27,914 nt of DNA from a virus (Duplodnaviria; Heunggongvirae; Uroviricota; Caudoviricetes). The notes beneath the pieces are model-generated. The model made no database searches. It was not told the DNA's origin and saw nothing but the letters and a program-made list of their open reading frames with translations. A program made the position numbers and the translations under genes. The DNA lies in the IMG/VR virus record IMGVR_UViG_2913118216_000009; one strand, 5' to 3'. The first letter of the stretch is position 1, and each line of letters begins with the position of its first letter. Positions 9,814-17,466 of this stretch are shown here, one piece after another.

Positions 9814-10261
9814 TCATTGCCTTTAAATGCTTTTGCCACACCATTGGCCACGGCTATTCCCGTATATTCCCAGTGACGATTGTCCAGCCAGATAGCGGCG
9901 GCGATATCATCAACGGAATCCTGACCATGTGGTAAATAATGACGGCGTAGAATTAAATATTGTTCGAGTCCATTTATTTCAATTTCATGGACTCGACTTG
10001 TCAGTTTTTTACTTCAATTTCCAGTTCAGGCGCATAAATATCATTTACTTTGCCAACCAGTTGAAGTGCAGCACCCGGACGTTTTAATACTTCACAAAGT
10101 GAGGCTTTACTTTCAATCGCAACAATTCGTGTCAGATAGTTATGCGCAGGAGCAACCTTATTGTCCATTGCCATTTCATTAATAAATTTATTGTAGGCAG
10201 TCTGGTTTGGTTCAAAAATAATTTCAACGCCACAAACACACAGTTTAATTTGTTCCATCAA
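9779..10261 (-). other. Predicted -1 frameshift fusion product of the tail assembly chaperone (gpE+E'-like)
   Basis: By my reading the -1 frame is open for about 77 codons from the slippery heptamer, ending about 35 nt inside the tape measure ORF; a 10-bp stem hairpin (TCGAGTCCAT...ATGGACTCGA) begins 7 nt after the heptamer. Confidence 0.45.
10001..10261 (-). CDS. Tail assembly chaperone (P2 gpE analogue), short form
   Basis: 86-aa ORF immediately upstream of the tape measure gene; ends ...GAA GTA AAA AAC TGA, placing an A_AAA_AAC slippery heptamer at the stop codon; TTG start in the track with an ATG as the second codon. Confidence 0.55.
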   Translation of the reverse strand: MMEQIKLCVCGVEIIFEPNQTAYNKFINEMAMDNKVAPAHNYLTRIVAIESKASLCEVLKRPGAALQLVGKVNDIYAPELEIEVKN

Positions 10262-10544
10262 TAACTCTCTCTCTTAAAATAATTTCACCCACTAACTGAT
10301 TATGACGAGCAGCACACTGACCATATAAATCAAGATAAATCGTCAGTAATTCCGCTGAGTCTTTTCCTGTCGCACCATTGAGGCGCGGCAACTGCGTGGC
10401 ACATTTAGTTTTCAGATTTTCCTGATAACGCACGTTCGGTACCGGCTGCGGCGCTGTTGTACATGCTGACAAACTCATCAGACAGGCAACGATTAGTAAA
10501 AACGGGCTTAAGTATTTCCGTGCGTATCTCTCGCGGTGCCACAT
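10245..10544 (-). CDS. Outer-membrane spanin lipoprotein (Rz1/LysC-like); probable true start near 10478
   Basis: Signal-peptide-like hydrophobic segment followed by a lipobox (LSAC) and a Pro-rich mature region; overlaps the 3' end of the i-spanin gene in another frame. Confidence 0.55.
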   Translation of the reverse strand: MWHRERYARKYLSPFLLIVACLMSLSACTTAPQPVPNVRYQENLKTKCATQLPRLNGATGKDSAELLTIYLDLYGQCAARHNQLVGEIILRERVIDGTN

Positions 10545-10743
10545 TTTTTAACGCCTCCAGTTTATCTTCCAGCGCTCTGGCCGAATCACTGGCAATACCC
10601 TGCATTGCTTTTCGCGATTCATTACCGGCCACCTGCGCCGCTGTATTGATTGCCAACTCTAAGCTATCACGCCGCCAGTCAGCGGTTAGCCAGCCCCAGA
10701 CAAACGCCAGCGCCACCACAACCAACCACTGCCCGCTGCTCAT
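10405..10743 (-). CDS. Inner-membrane spanin (Rz/LysB-like)
   Basis: 112-aa ORF with one N-terminal transmembrane segment (WLVVVALAFVWGWL) and a charged, coiled-coil-like periplasmic part; directly downstream of the endolysin gene; overlapped by the o-spanin gene. Confidence 0.55.
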   Translation of the reverse strand: MSSGQWLVVVALAFVWGWLTADWRRDSLELAINTAAQVAGNESRKAMQGIASDSARALEDKLEALKNVAPREIRTEILKPVFTNRCLSDEFVSMYNSAAAGTERALSGKSEN

Positions 10744-11201
10744 CAGCGCACCCCGTTATGTTCCAGGCTGAAATGATTGCCATCCGGCCTGGATTTGAAG
10801 CGCCCGCCCCAGACTCCACCTAGAGATTCCCAGAACTCCCCCAGCGGCAGATAATCTTCTGTGCGAGTTTTGTACTGATCATTCACGAACAAATTAAAAT
10901 CTACAGCCAACCGCTGGGTGTGCAGACTGTTAGAAGTACCACTGCCTTTCTTCTCATTCAGCGCAGCCTGTTCTGGTGTACGGTAAGCCTCACCAAATGT
11001 CAGTCGGTAGCCATGTTCTTCTGCCCAGTGGATCAGACTGGCCACCATGACTGTGAATAATTGCTGTTTTTCACTCAGGGTCATTTGTCTTGCTCCCGTT
11101 CTGCTTTCCCGCTGCACGTCTGCGCAGCCACACTTCCACCGCCTGATAACCGGCAATCCCCAGCGCCGCCCCCAGCCCCTGAATGGCCAGCGGGCTGGCA
11201 T
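10743..11201 (-). CDS. Endolysin, peptidase M15 family (L-alanyl-D-glutamate peptidase-like); probable true start near 11084
   Basis: Contains HWAEEHGY...LHTQRLAVDFNLF...DGNHFSLEH, matching the zinc-binding H..D..H arrangement of M15/VanY-type peptidases; sits between holin and spanins. Confidence 0.7.
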   Translation of the reverse strand: MPARWPFRGWGRRWGLPVIRRWKCGCADVQRESRTGARQMTLSEKQQLFTVMVASLIHWAEEHGYRLTFGEAYRTPEQAALNEKKGSGTSNSLHTQRLAVDFNLFVNDQYKTRTEDYLPLGEFWESLGGVWGGRFKSRPDGNHFSLEHNGVR

Positions 11202-11373
11202 CCGGGATCTGAATCAGCACCGCCCCGGCCACTACTGAAACCAGACTGCCCAGGATCACGCGACCAGCAAACAGGCGCGGCGTGATGGGGTCATTACTGG
11301 TCAGCACATTGCCGATGGCAATCAATGCGCCAATGATCAGCAGTGAATAAAGGCTCTTTTCATGCTCCTGCAT
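11071..11373 (-). CDS. Holin (three predicted transmembrane segments)
   Basis: 100-aa ORF with three hydrophobic stretches and a basic C-terminal tail (RRRAAGKQNGSK); immediately upstream of the endolysin gene. Confidence 0.55.
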   Translation of the reverse strand: MQEHEKSLYSLLIIGALIAIGNVLTSNDPITPRLFAGRVILGSLVSVVAGAVLIQIPDASPLAIQGLGAALGIAGYQAVEVWLRRRAAGKQNGSKTNDPE

Positions 11374-11382
11374 CCCTGCCCC

Positions 11383-11838
11383 TTATCCGATCAGGTTTTC
11401 TGTGGCTTCCGCTTCCAGATACGGCACACCGTTGATGTTGACGAATTTCGGACTGGTCACGAAATATTTGATTTTGTGCGTGGTCACACCGCCACCTTTC
11501 GGATCAATATCCAGCAGGTTGCTGACCTGCAATTTATTGCCGAACGTCTCCACCTTCATTTCTTCGCTACTGGCTTTGGCATAGAAAAGAAAATCAAGTG
11601 GTGGAAGCCCACGCCATGAACCCGCTGCACGGGCTTTGGCTGTCAGCACCTGAAGTGTTTTTGAACTGACTTCAATTTCCCCCTCAGCGGCAACATCGCC
11701 ATCCACATACCCATCAGGGACGCCACGCGTCTGGGCGACAGCGCTGTTATCCGTAATATCGAGCGTGATTTTCTCGATATGGATCAGATCGCCGTCCATA
11801 TAGGTGTCAAACGACATACCCGAAATACGTTTGGTCAT
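11383..11838 (-). CDS. Tail tube protein
   Basis: 151-aa ORF directly downstream of the putative sheath gene with overlapping stop/start; size typical of myovirus tube proteins. Confidence 0.5.
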   Translation of the reverse strand: MTKRISGMSFDTYMDGDLIHIEKITLDITDNSAVAQTRGVPDGYVDGDVAAEGEIEVSSKTLQVLTAKARAAGSWRGLPPLDFLFYAKASSEEMKVETFGNKLQVSNLLDIDPKGGGVTTHKIKYFVTSPKFVNINGVPYLEAEATENLIG

Positions 11839-12962
11839 GCTATAGCCTCCAGACTGGCATCCAGTAACAGGCTGATGGTGATTTGCAGTGGCACTTCCCA
11901 GGTACGTACCACAATGTAAATATCAACTGCCTTTTTGTTCTTCCAGACAATGGATACATCACCATCCTGCGGCGGCTTCACTTCTCCGGGAAATGACACC
12001 CCATTAATGCTGGCCGCAGTAGACATTTCGCGCAGTGGACTGGCGAACAGTGTCTGATGTGCGGCGATACTTCCTGGCGTGCTATTCAGCGAACGATCAG
12101 CGATTTTACTGATAGCCAGCAAACGAACACGGCGGGCAGCTTTATCCGCGACGCGCAAAGTTTCAATCGACTGATAATCGCCGCCCTCAACGTCCAACGT
12201 GCGGCCATCTGACCAGTAAAAACCGTCATAATCCGGGTACCACATTGGCACACTGAAACGCTGTGCTTCCAGCGCCTGAAGTGTGGCCAACTCAAGAACT
12301 TCTCCGGTACCATCAACCGGCATTTCGTCACTGCCCAGATTCATCAGCGCACCGGTTTTAACCCTCGCCGGACTATCTGCAATAGTCACCATACAGCTAC
12401 ACAGACGACCAGCCAGCACACCCGGTTCATTTCCCCACAGCCGGGGAACCAACTGAACCGACTTTTCTGCAATCCCATCCTGAAGAGTGGCCAAGCGAAC
12501 CAAGTAATCCGCCTGGGCTTCTTCGTCCTGCACTCCCTGTGCGGCCAGAATGAACCACACCCAGCGGCCATACTTTGAAATCAGGGTGGTTCGTAACGTC
12601 ACTGCCTGATTTACTTGCGCTTTAGCAGTGACATCGTCAGACAGCACCACGCCTTCCACAGAGCACACCACCTGCGCGGCTAAAACCGCTTTCACCCAGG
12701 CGTCCGCCTCCGCGTCAGCTGGCAGGACGTGAATGACCCCCCACCAGTTCTGGCCAGCGTTCGCCAGCGCAGCCAGAACATCATTTTTCAGCGGGCTGGC
12801 TTCCTCGCCCAGCAGTGAATCAACATCACTCTGGGCATTCACCGCCAGTGTTTTCCCCACATTTTTGGTACCCGTGCCGATAAACAGCAGTGTGCGTTCC
12901 ACCTCATTGGTTTCACCCATCAGCTGATTTACCTGGTTTACGGTCACAATTGGCCAGGTCAT
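11835..12962 (-). CDS. Tail sheath protein
   Basis: 375-aa ORF immediately preceding the tube gene and coupled to the upstream morphogenesis gene; size close to P2 FI-type sheath proteins. Confidence 0.5.
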   Translation of the reverse strand: MTWPIVTVNQVNQLMGETNEVERTLLFIGTGTKNVGKTLAVNAQSDVDSLLGEEASPLKNDVLAALANAGQNWWGVIHVLPADAEADAWVKAVLAAQVVCSVEGVVLSDDVTAKAQVNQAVTLRTTLISKYGRWVWFILAAQGVQDEEAQADYLVRLATLQDGIAEKSVQLVPRLWGNEPGVLAGRLCSCMVTIADSPARVKTGALMNLGSDEMPVDGTGEVLELATLQALEAQRFSVPMWYPDYDGFYWSDGRTLDVEGGDYQSIETLRVADKAARRVRLLAISKIADRSLNSTPGSIAAHQTLFASPLREMSTAASINGVSFPGEVKPPQDGDVSIVWKNKKAVDIYIVVRTWEVPLQITISLLLDASLEAIA

Positions 12963-13663
12963 GCTTTCCCCTTAATATCCTGCGCCTTAACGTCCCAGCC
13001 AAAGCCGATGGCCTGAAGCTGACGCGCCAGCGCCTTGTCAAATTCATCATCATTCATGCCCAGAAACACACGAGCAGGAAGATCCACTGTCCAGCTGGTT
13101 TTCACGGCTTTACTACTGAGTTTTCGAATCAGCAGCCCCGCCTGGCTGTATGGCATCGTTTTGGTGATTTCGCCCAGTGTGGGCTTTTTCCATCTCTTAC
13201 CGGTTTTCACCCGGTACCCCAGCGCCCGTAATTTTTTGGCCTGGGCAGGCGTCGCCATTTTCCCGGCCTCTGCCTTCCGTGGCTGATTACTGCGGCTGGC
13301 CTTTACGCGCATTCCGTTTTGTTGCGCGTACCCCACCGTTCCGGCTGGTACCGGCGCTTCCCCGTTCCGGTATCCACCACCCTGTAAATAGATCCGCACA
13401 GCCTGAATTTCTGGCATTTCACGGATATGCAGCAGCTTTGGCAGGTTGCGCAGCATCTTCCCTTTGCGTTTTGTCTTACGTCCCGGCCACTTGCCATCCG
13501 GGGATTCCTGATTGCGCACATGCCGTTTTGCCGCAGCAATCACGCCATATTTGGCCAGACGCCAGATCAGACGCTGCCGTTTTCTCGGCGGCAGCTCCAT
13601 GCTGGCCAGTGCCTTGCACAATTCGGCCAGCTGTTTTTTATTCAGCTCGCCACCAGCAATCAT
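12959..13663 (-). CDS. Virion morphogenesis / tail completion protein (gpS-like)
   Basis: 234-aa highly basic ORF in the position of P2 gpS between head-completion genes and the sheath gene. Confidence 0.4.
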   Translation of the reverse strand: MIAGGELNKKQLAELCKALASMELPPRKRQRLIWRLAKYGVIAAAKRHVRNQESPDGKWPGRKTKRKGKMLRNLPKLLHIREMPEIQAVRIYLQGGGYRNGEAPVPAGTVGYAQQNGMRVKASRSNQPRKAEAGKMATPAQAKKLRALGYRVKTGKRWKKPTLGEITKTMPYSQAGLLIRKLSSKAVKTSWTVDLPARVFLGMNDDEFDKALARQLQAIGFGWDVKAQDIKGKA

Positions 13664-14166
13664 TCGCTATCCCCCACCGGCGCACCGGCCTCATCCACGC
13701 TGTAAATACTGGCGGTCAGTGCCGTCCAGATTTCAGGCTCAACCAGTGACCAGCGCTCACCCCGCCACGGAATAGCCCCGTTTTCGTCCTGCCTGATCAC
13801 CAGTTCTTCTACCATCGGAACAGTCAGCACCACAGTGGCCACTTCCTCATCCTCCACCGACACATCCCAGTCAGGTTCAGCTTCACTCAGCCCCACTTCA
13901 TCCAATAGTTCCCTGTCAGCATCATCCAGCCACGCAGCCAGTAAGGACATAAGCAACTGCGGCGGGCAAAGGCGATACGGGAAACGCTCCCAGCTCAGAA
14001 CCGCGTCATATCGGATAACCGCCTGGCGATATTGTCCCAGCCCGTAATCCTTCGCCGCAGGGATGAACTTCATCTCATCCAGCACACTGTCAAATGACTG
14101 CATCGCACGGGGCGGGACGTTATCTTTAAAAAATGTGGTCAGGCTTTGGATCTGCGTCTGGCTCAT
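13660..14166 (-). CDS. Tail completion protein (gpR-like)
   Basis: 168-aa acidic ORF between the head completion gene and the gpS-like gene; assignment by position and size only. Confidence 0.35.
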   Translation of the reverse strand: MSQTQIQSLTTFFKDNVPPRAMQSFDSVLDEMKFIPAAKDYGLGQYRQAVIRYDAVLSWERFPYRLCPPQLLMSLLAAWLDDADRELLDEVGLSEAEPDWDVSVEDEEVATVVLTVPMVEELVIRQDENGAIPWRGERWSLVEPEIWTALTASIYSVDEAGAPVGDSE

Positions 14167-14666
14167 ACTTTTTTCACCGTTGCCCGTTTCAGCCCTTTCA
14201 TACGGCGGATCACCACCGATGCTTCAGCCAGTAACCCCGCTCGGGTTTCCATACTTTCCTGTCCCGGATGAGTATCGCGCCGCCCGATAGTGGCGAACTC
14301 CCCCAGCAGATCCGCTTTTGCCCTGGCAAAAACGGCCTTCATATACTGGGCGCACAGGCTGTTCAGTCCGCCCATTTTTACACCTGGTACCTCTGCCGCC
14401 AGCGTGTAGCCTTTCGCTATCCAACTGGACTCCACGTTTTCCAGCTCCGCATTCACCTCCGCCACCGCTGCAAGCAACGCCTGGCTGATGGTGTCAGCGT
14501 CAATATCTGGCGGTAGTGACCGCTGCGCTTGAAAATCCTTCAGATTCAGATCTGGCCAGAATCCGTTATTGGTCAGCGGTTCATCCTGATAATCCAGCGG
14601 CTTTCCGCTAAACATAAATCCCCCGAAAAAGGCGGACTGGCCGGTTTCCACGGCGCAGTTACACAC
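14163..14666 (-). CDS. Head completion / stabilization protein (P2 gpL-like)
   Basis: 167-aa ORF directly downstream of the small terminase gene, same order and size as P2 gpL. Confidence 0.55.
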   Translation of the reverse strand: MCNCAVETGQSAFFGGFMFSGKPLDYQDEPLTNNGFWPDLNLKDFQAQRSLPPDIDADTISQALLAAVAEVNAELENVESSWIAKGYTLAAEVPGVKMGGLNSLCAQYMKAVFARAKADLLGEFATIGRRDTHPGQESMETRAGLLAEASVVIRRMKGLKRATVKKV

Positions 14667-14711
14667 AAGGTGTTCTGCCCTCCACCGCGTCCGCCTGGCT
14701 TGCGGTAGTCT

Positions 14712-15413
14712 TTACCCTTGAGTCAGTTTTCGGATACGGGCGGCAATTGTCTGCCGCGCCGTTCTGACGCCAATTTTTGAGTAGTGTTTTTCTGCAATAG
14801 CCAGCAGCTGATCGGCTTTTTCCAGCGTTTCAATATCATCCACGCCCGCCGCCGTTTTCTGGCCATCGTCATTGCGTAGCAACTCCTGACCGGCAAACTT
14901 GAACCATTTGGCCGTCACCTGCTCATGCAGTCGCCAGGTGTTTGCCACCCGCTCAAACGTGTGGGTGAAATAAGGCTCCACACTTTCCCCGCGCCCTGCG
15001 GTTTCCTGCGCCCATGCCAGCATCGTATCCGCCACGAAAGTGGGAAAATTGCTGCGTAACCGATCCGGGGTTGCCTGCTGCTGGCTGATAGCAATGTCAG
15101 CCCAGTCCAGCGCCTTATCCAGATCGCCCACGTCAAACAGCCAGATAACACACCAGGCGAAAACCGGATTTGCATACTCCTGGCCACTCTCCAGATAGGC
15201 TTCCACAGTGGGAACCCAGCGCGGCAACAGCACATTGCGTTTGTACTCGACGCGATCGGCGATGGTAGGCAGACTTCGAATATATTCCACATCAGTTTCC
15301 AGCGCCCTGACCAGCAGGTGCATACTTTCCGTGGTTTCCAGTGCCTGGCTGCGCTTCAGCTTTTGTTCCATCGCAATACGCTGGCTGTGACGCTGCGCGG
15401 GGGAAAGTGCCAT
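14712..15413 (-). CDS. Terminase small (endonuclease) subunit, P2 gpM-like
   Basis: 233-aa ORF immediately downstream of the major capsid gene, matching the P2 O-N-M-L order. Confidence 0.65.
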   Translation of the reverse strand: MALSPAQRHSQRIAMEQKLKRSQALETTESMHLLVRALETDVEYIRSLPTIADRVEYKRNVLLPRWVPTVEAYLESGQEYANPVFAWCVIWLFDVGDLDKALDWADIAISQQQATPDRLRSNFPTFVADTMLAWAQETAGRGESVEPYFTHTFERVANTWRLHEQVTAKWFKFAGQELLRNDDGQKTAAGVDDIETLEKADQLLAIAEKHYSKIGVRTARQTIAARIRKLTQG

Positions 15414-15416
15414 TTA

Positions 15417-16454
15417 TCAACCCTCCACCGGTTCGGAGACTTTGCCGATTGTCACAGCGGATTCATCAATAGCCGCATACAGCTCCGGCACTTCCACCGC
15501 GTAACCTTCATTGCGCAGGTATTTGTTTTCGAACTGCTTACGATCTTCAACAAACTCCGCCTTACGCATACGGGTATTGCGCTGGGTGTAGATGTGCAGG
15601 TTAGAAAGCGGCGTAACCACCATGCGTTTACCCGGCATAAACGGCGGGATAATAGCCGGACGGCCAGCAATGGTGCTTCCCAGCATCTGCGCCGCGATTT
15701 TTTCAGTCGGACGGTCTGCTGCCTGATACAGTCGGTATTGTTCAGCTGCGACCAGATCGGCACCAACCAGAACAACCAGACGCGGGTCATTGCGGAACTG
15801 TGCCGGGATTTTGGCGTTAATCAGATCGGACGCCATTGCATCCAGTGATTTGTAATCCCCGGCCTCATCAAGCACCACGGCATCCGTCATAATCTGATTG
15901 CCGCCCAGCAGCGTTTTCATACGCTCATGCCAGCCAACGTTCACATCCTCGCCGTTCGGGTTAGTTTCCGGATCAGTGGTTTTCGCGCGACTTTTACCGT
16001 TAAAACCAATGCGCAACATATCCAGCGCAAAAGCCTGCGTGGTGAATGCCTGTACCAGGTTGTAAAACTCGTTTTCGTCCTTACCGGCGTTTGCCCAGAC
16101 AGAAAGCAGATCCCAGCGCAACGCGGCACAGCTGTCTGTTTCAACCAGGGAATAGTCATTACCGTCAACGCCTACCTGACGAATGAAACGGCCATTTTCG
16201 CTGCGGCCGGTATGCAGCACAGAGGAACCGACAGAGATCACCTGGCCACTCAGCTGGTCAACATCCAGACAGGTGATCATGTTCAGGAACTCGACGGACT
16301 CCAGCAACGCAAGACGCAGCGCATTTTCCTGTGGGTCATTCAGGGAAAAATATCGACTGGTATCACGCGCACCAAACTGCTGCGCCATCCCCGCCGAATA
16401 TTTATCCAGTAAATCCCGCGCACGATTATTAAGGTGCATAAAACTCCCTCGCAA
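15417..16454 (-). CDS. Major capsid protein, P2 gpN family
   Basis: 345-aa ORF between scaffold and small terminase genes; size and order as in P2; the N-terminus may start a few codons into the ORF. Confidence 0.8.
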   Translation of the reverse strand: MRGSFMHLNNRARDLLDKYSAGMAQQFGARDTSRYFSLNDPQENALRLALLESVEFLNMITCLDVDQLSGQVISVGSSVLHTGRSENGRFIRQVGVDGNDYSLVETDSCAALRWDLLSVWANAGKDENEFYNLVQAFTTQAFALDMLRIGFNGKSRAKTTDPETNPNGEDVNVGWHERMKTLLGGNQIMTDAVVLDEAGDYKSLDAMASDLINAKIPAQFRNDPRLVVLVGADLVAAEQYRLYQAADRPTEKIAAQMLGSTIAGRPAIIPPFMPGKRMVVTPLSNLHIYTQRNTRMRKAEFVEDRKQFENKYLRNEGYAVEVPELYAAIDESAVTIGKVSEPVEG

Positions 16455-16501
16455 TTAAGCGATTTAAAAATATATTCTGGGCTAATTAGCAATAAAGCGA
16501 A

Positions 16502-17341
16502 TTACAGGAAATTAAATTTCCCGGCTTTATCTTTTATAGTACGCCCCGGTGTACGGGTGTTTTTATTACCCAGTTCGTTAAAGCGGGTTACGATTTCTTT
16601 TGCTTTATCGCGAATTGCCGCAAATTCCTGCGTATCCACCACTTCAGCAATTGTGTCAACATCACCCTGAACCTCATTCAGTTGAGTTTCAATTTTCGCC
16701 ACTCGCGCTTCCAGATCGTTCACCACATTGGCAAGCGCCTGTAATTTATCTTCATCCGGAGCAAGATTATCCTGCGGCGTTTCATCTTCAAACTTTGGCT
16801 TAATACCAAACAGTTTCTGCCAGTTCTTCATTCTTGCTTCCTGTTTAATTTTTCCGTCGCGGGAAATTACACAGCTGTAATATCCCTGCTTTGTTAATTT
16901 ATTGCGCCGACTACTAAAGCGCAGCCGTGTGGTGCCAACGCTGGCAGGTGTATCTGTTACCGCCAGCCCTTTCAGGTAAGTACGCCCGCTACCGCGCCAG
17001 TTATCTTCCGGCTCAATGGAGAAGAACAAAAGCTGATCTTCATGATTTGCGAAAATCAGACGCATATTCGGGCAAAGGCTGACATATAACCGTGCCAGTC
17101 CATCTTCACCATCATTCCAGGTGGCTTCCAGCACTTCACCAAAATTCCCGCAATCATCCTCATGTTCTGGCCAGATTAAAGCGACATAGTGGCTATAGTC
17201 ATAGGTTTCCCCCATATCAATGATCCACTGCCGTTTAATTACCCTGCCATCAACGGTATCCCCTTCAGTAGCAACACACAGCCAGTCAGTTTTTAAATGT
17301 GACATATCCCCCCTGTTCCACTCCCTGACGCTGCAAATCAA
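16502..17341 (-). CDS. Capsid scaffolding protein, P2 gpO family (probable true start near 17305)
   Basis: Contains ATEGDTVDGR near the N-terminus and GLAVTDTPASVGT, motifs I recall from P2 gpO; the internal Met has a G-rich Shine-Dalgarno; divergent from the terminase gene. Confidence 0.8.
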   Translation of the reverse strand: MICSVREWNRGDMSHLKTDWLCVATEGDTVDGRVIKRQWIIDMGETYDYSHYVALIWPEHEDDCGNFGEVLEATWNDGEDGLARLYVSLCPNMRLIFANHEDQLLFFSIEPEDNWRGSGRTYLKGLAVTDTPASVGTTRLRFSSRRNKLTKQGYYSCVISRDGKIKQEARMKNWQKLFGIKPKFEDETPQDNLAPDEDKLQALANVVNDLEARVAKIETQLNEVQGDVDTIAEVVDTQEFAAIRDKAKEIVTRFNELGNKNTRTPGRTIKDKAGKFNFL

Positions 17342-17466
17342 TTATTGCCAAATAAAACCGCCACCGCATTACGCTTTATTCTGAACAGTTCGGTTATAAC
17401 GCTTTACCGAACAGACACGAATTAACACCACCGTTTTTTCATCACAGCCACGGCATAATTATCCGC
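17306..17466. promoter_or_regulatory. Divergent late-promoter region between scaffold and terminase operons, with a candidate activator dyad
   Basis: Intergenic region between divergent head operons; imperfect dyad GTTCGGT-N11-ACCGAAC near 17385-17411 about 55-70 bp upstream of the terminase start. Confidence 0.4.

Noticed and set aside
9990-10210. One-nucleotide disagreement between my base-by-base reading and the ORF-track coordinates for the chaperone ORF
   Set aside because: Most likely my own counting error in this stretch rather than a biological feature; reported as a caveat on fine coordinates and on the frameshift frame assignment.
13177-13749. 190-aa plus-strand ORF and neighbouring plus-strand ORFs opposite the gpS-like and gpR-like genes
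   Set aside because: Antisense to tightly coupled tail genes; Pro/Arg/Ala-rich low-complexity translations typical of off-frame reads through GC-rich coding DNA.
15318-16412. Plus-strand ORFs of 176 and 161 aa opposite the major capsid gene
   Set aside because: Antisense to the capsid gene; no start context; treated as spurious.
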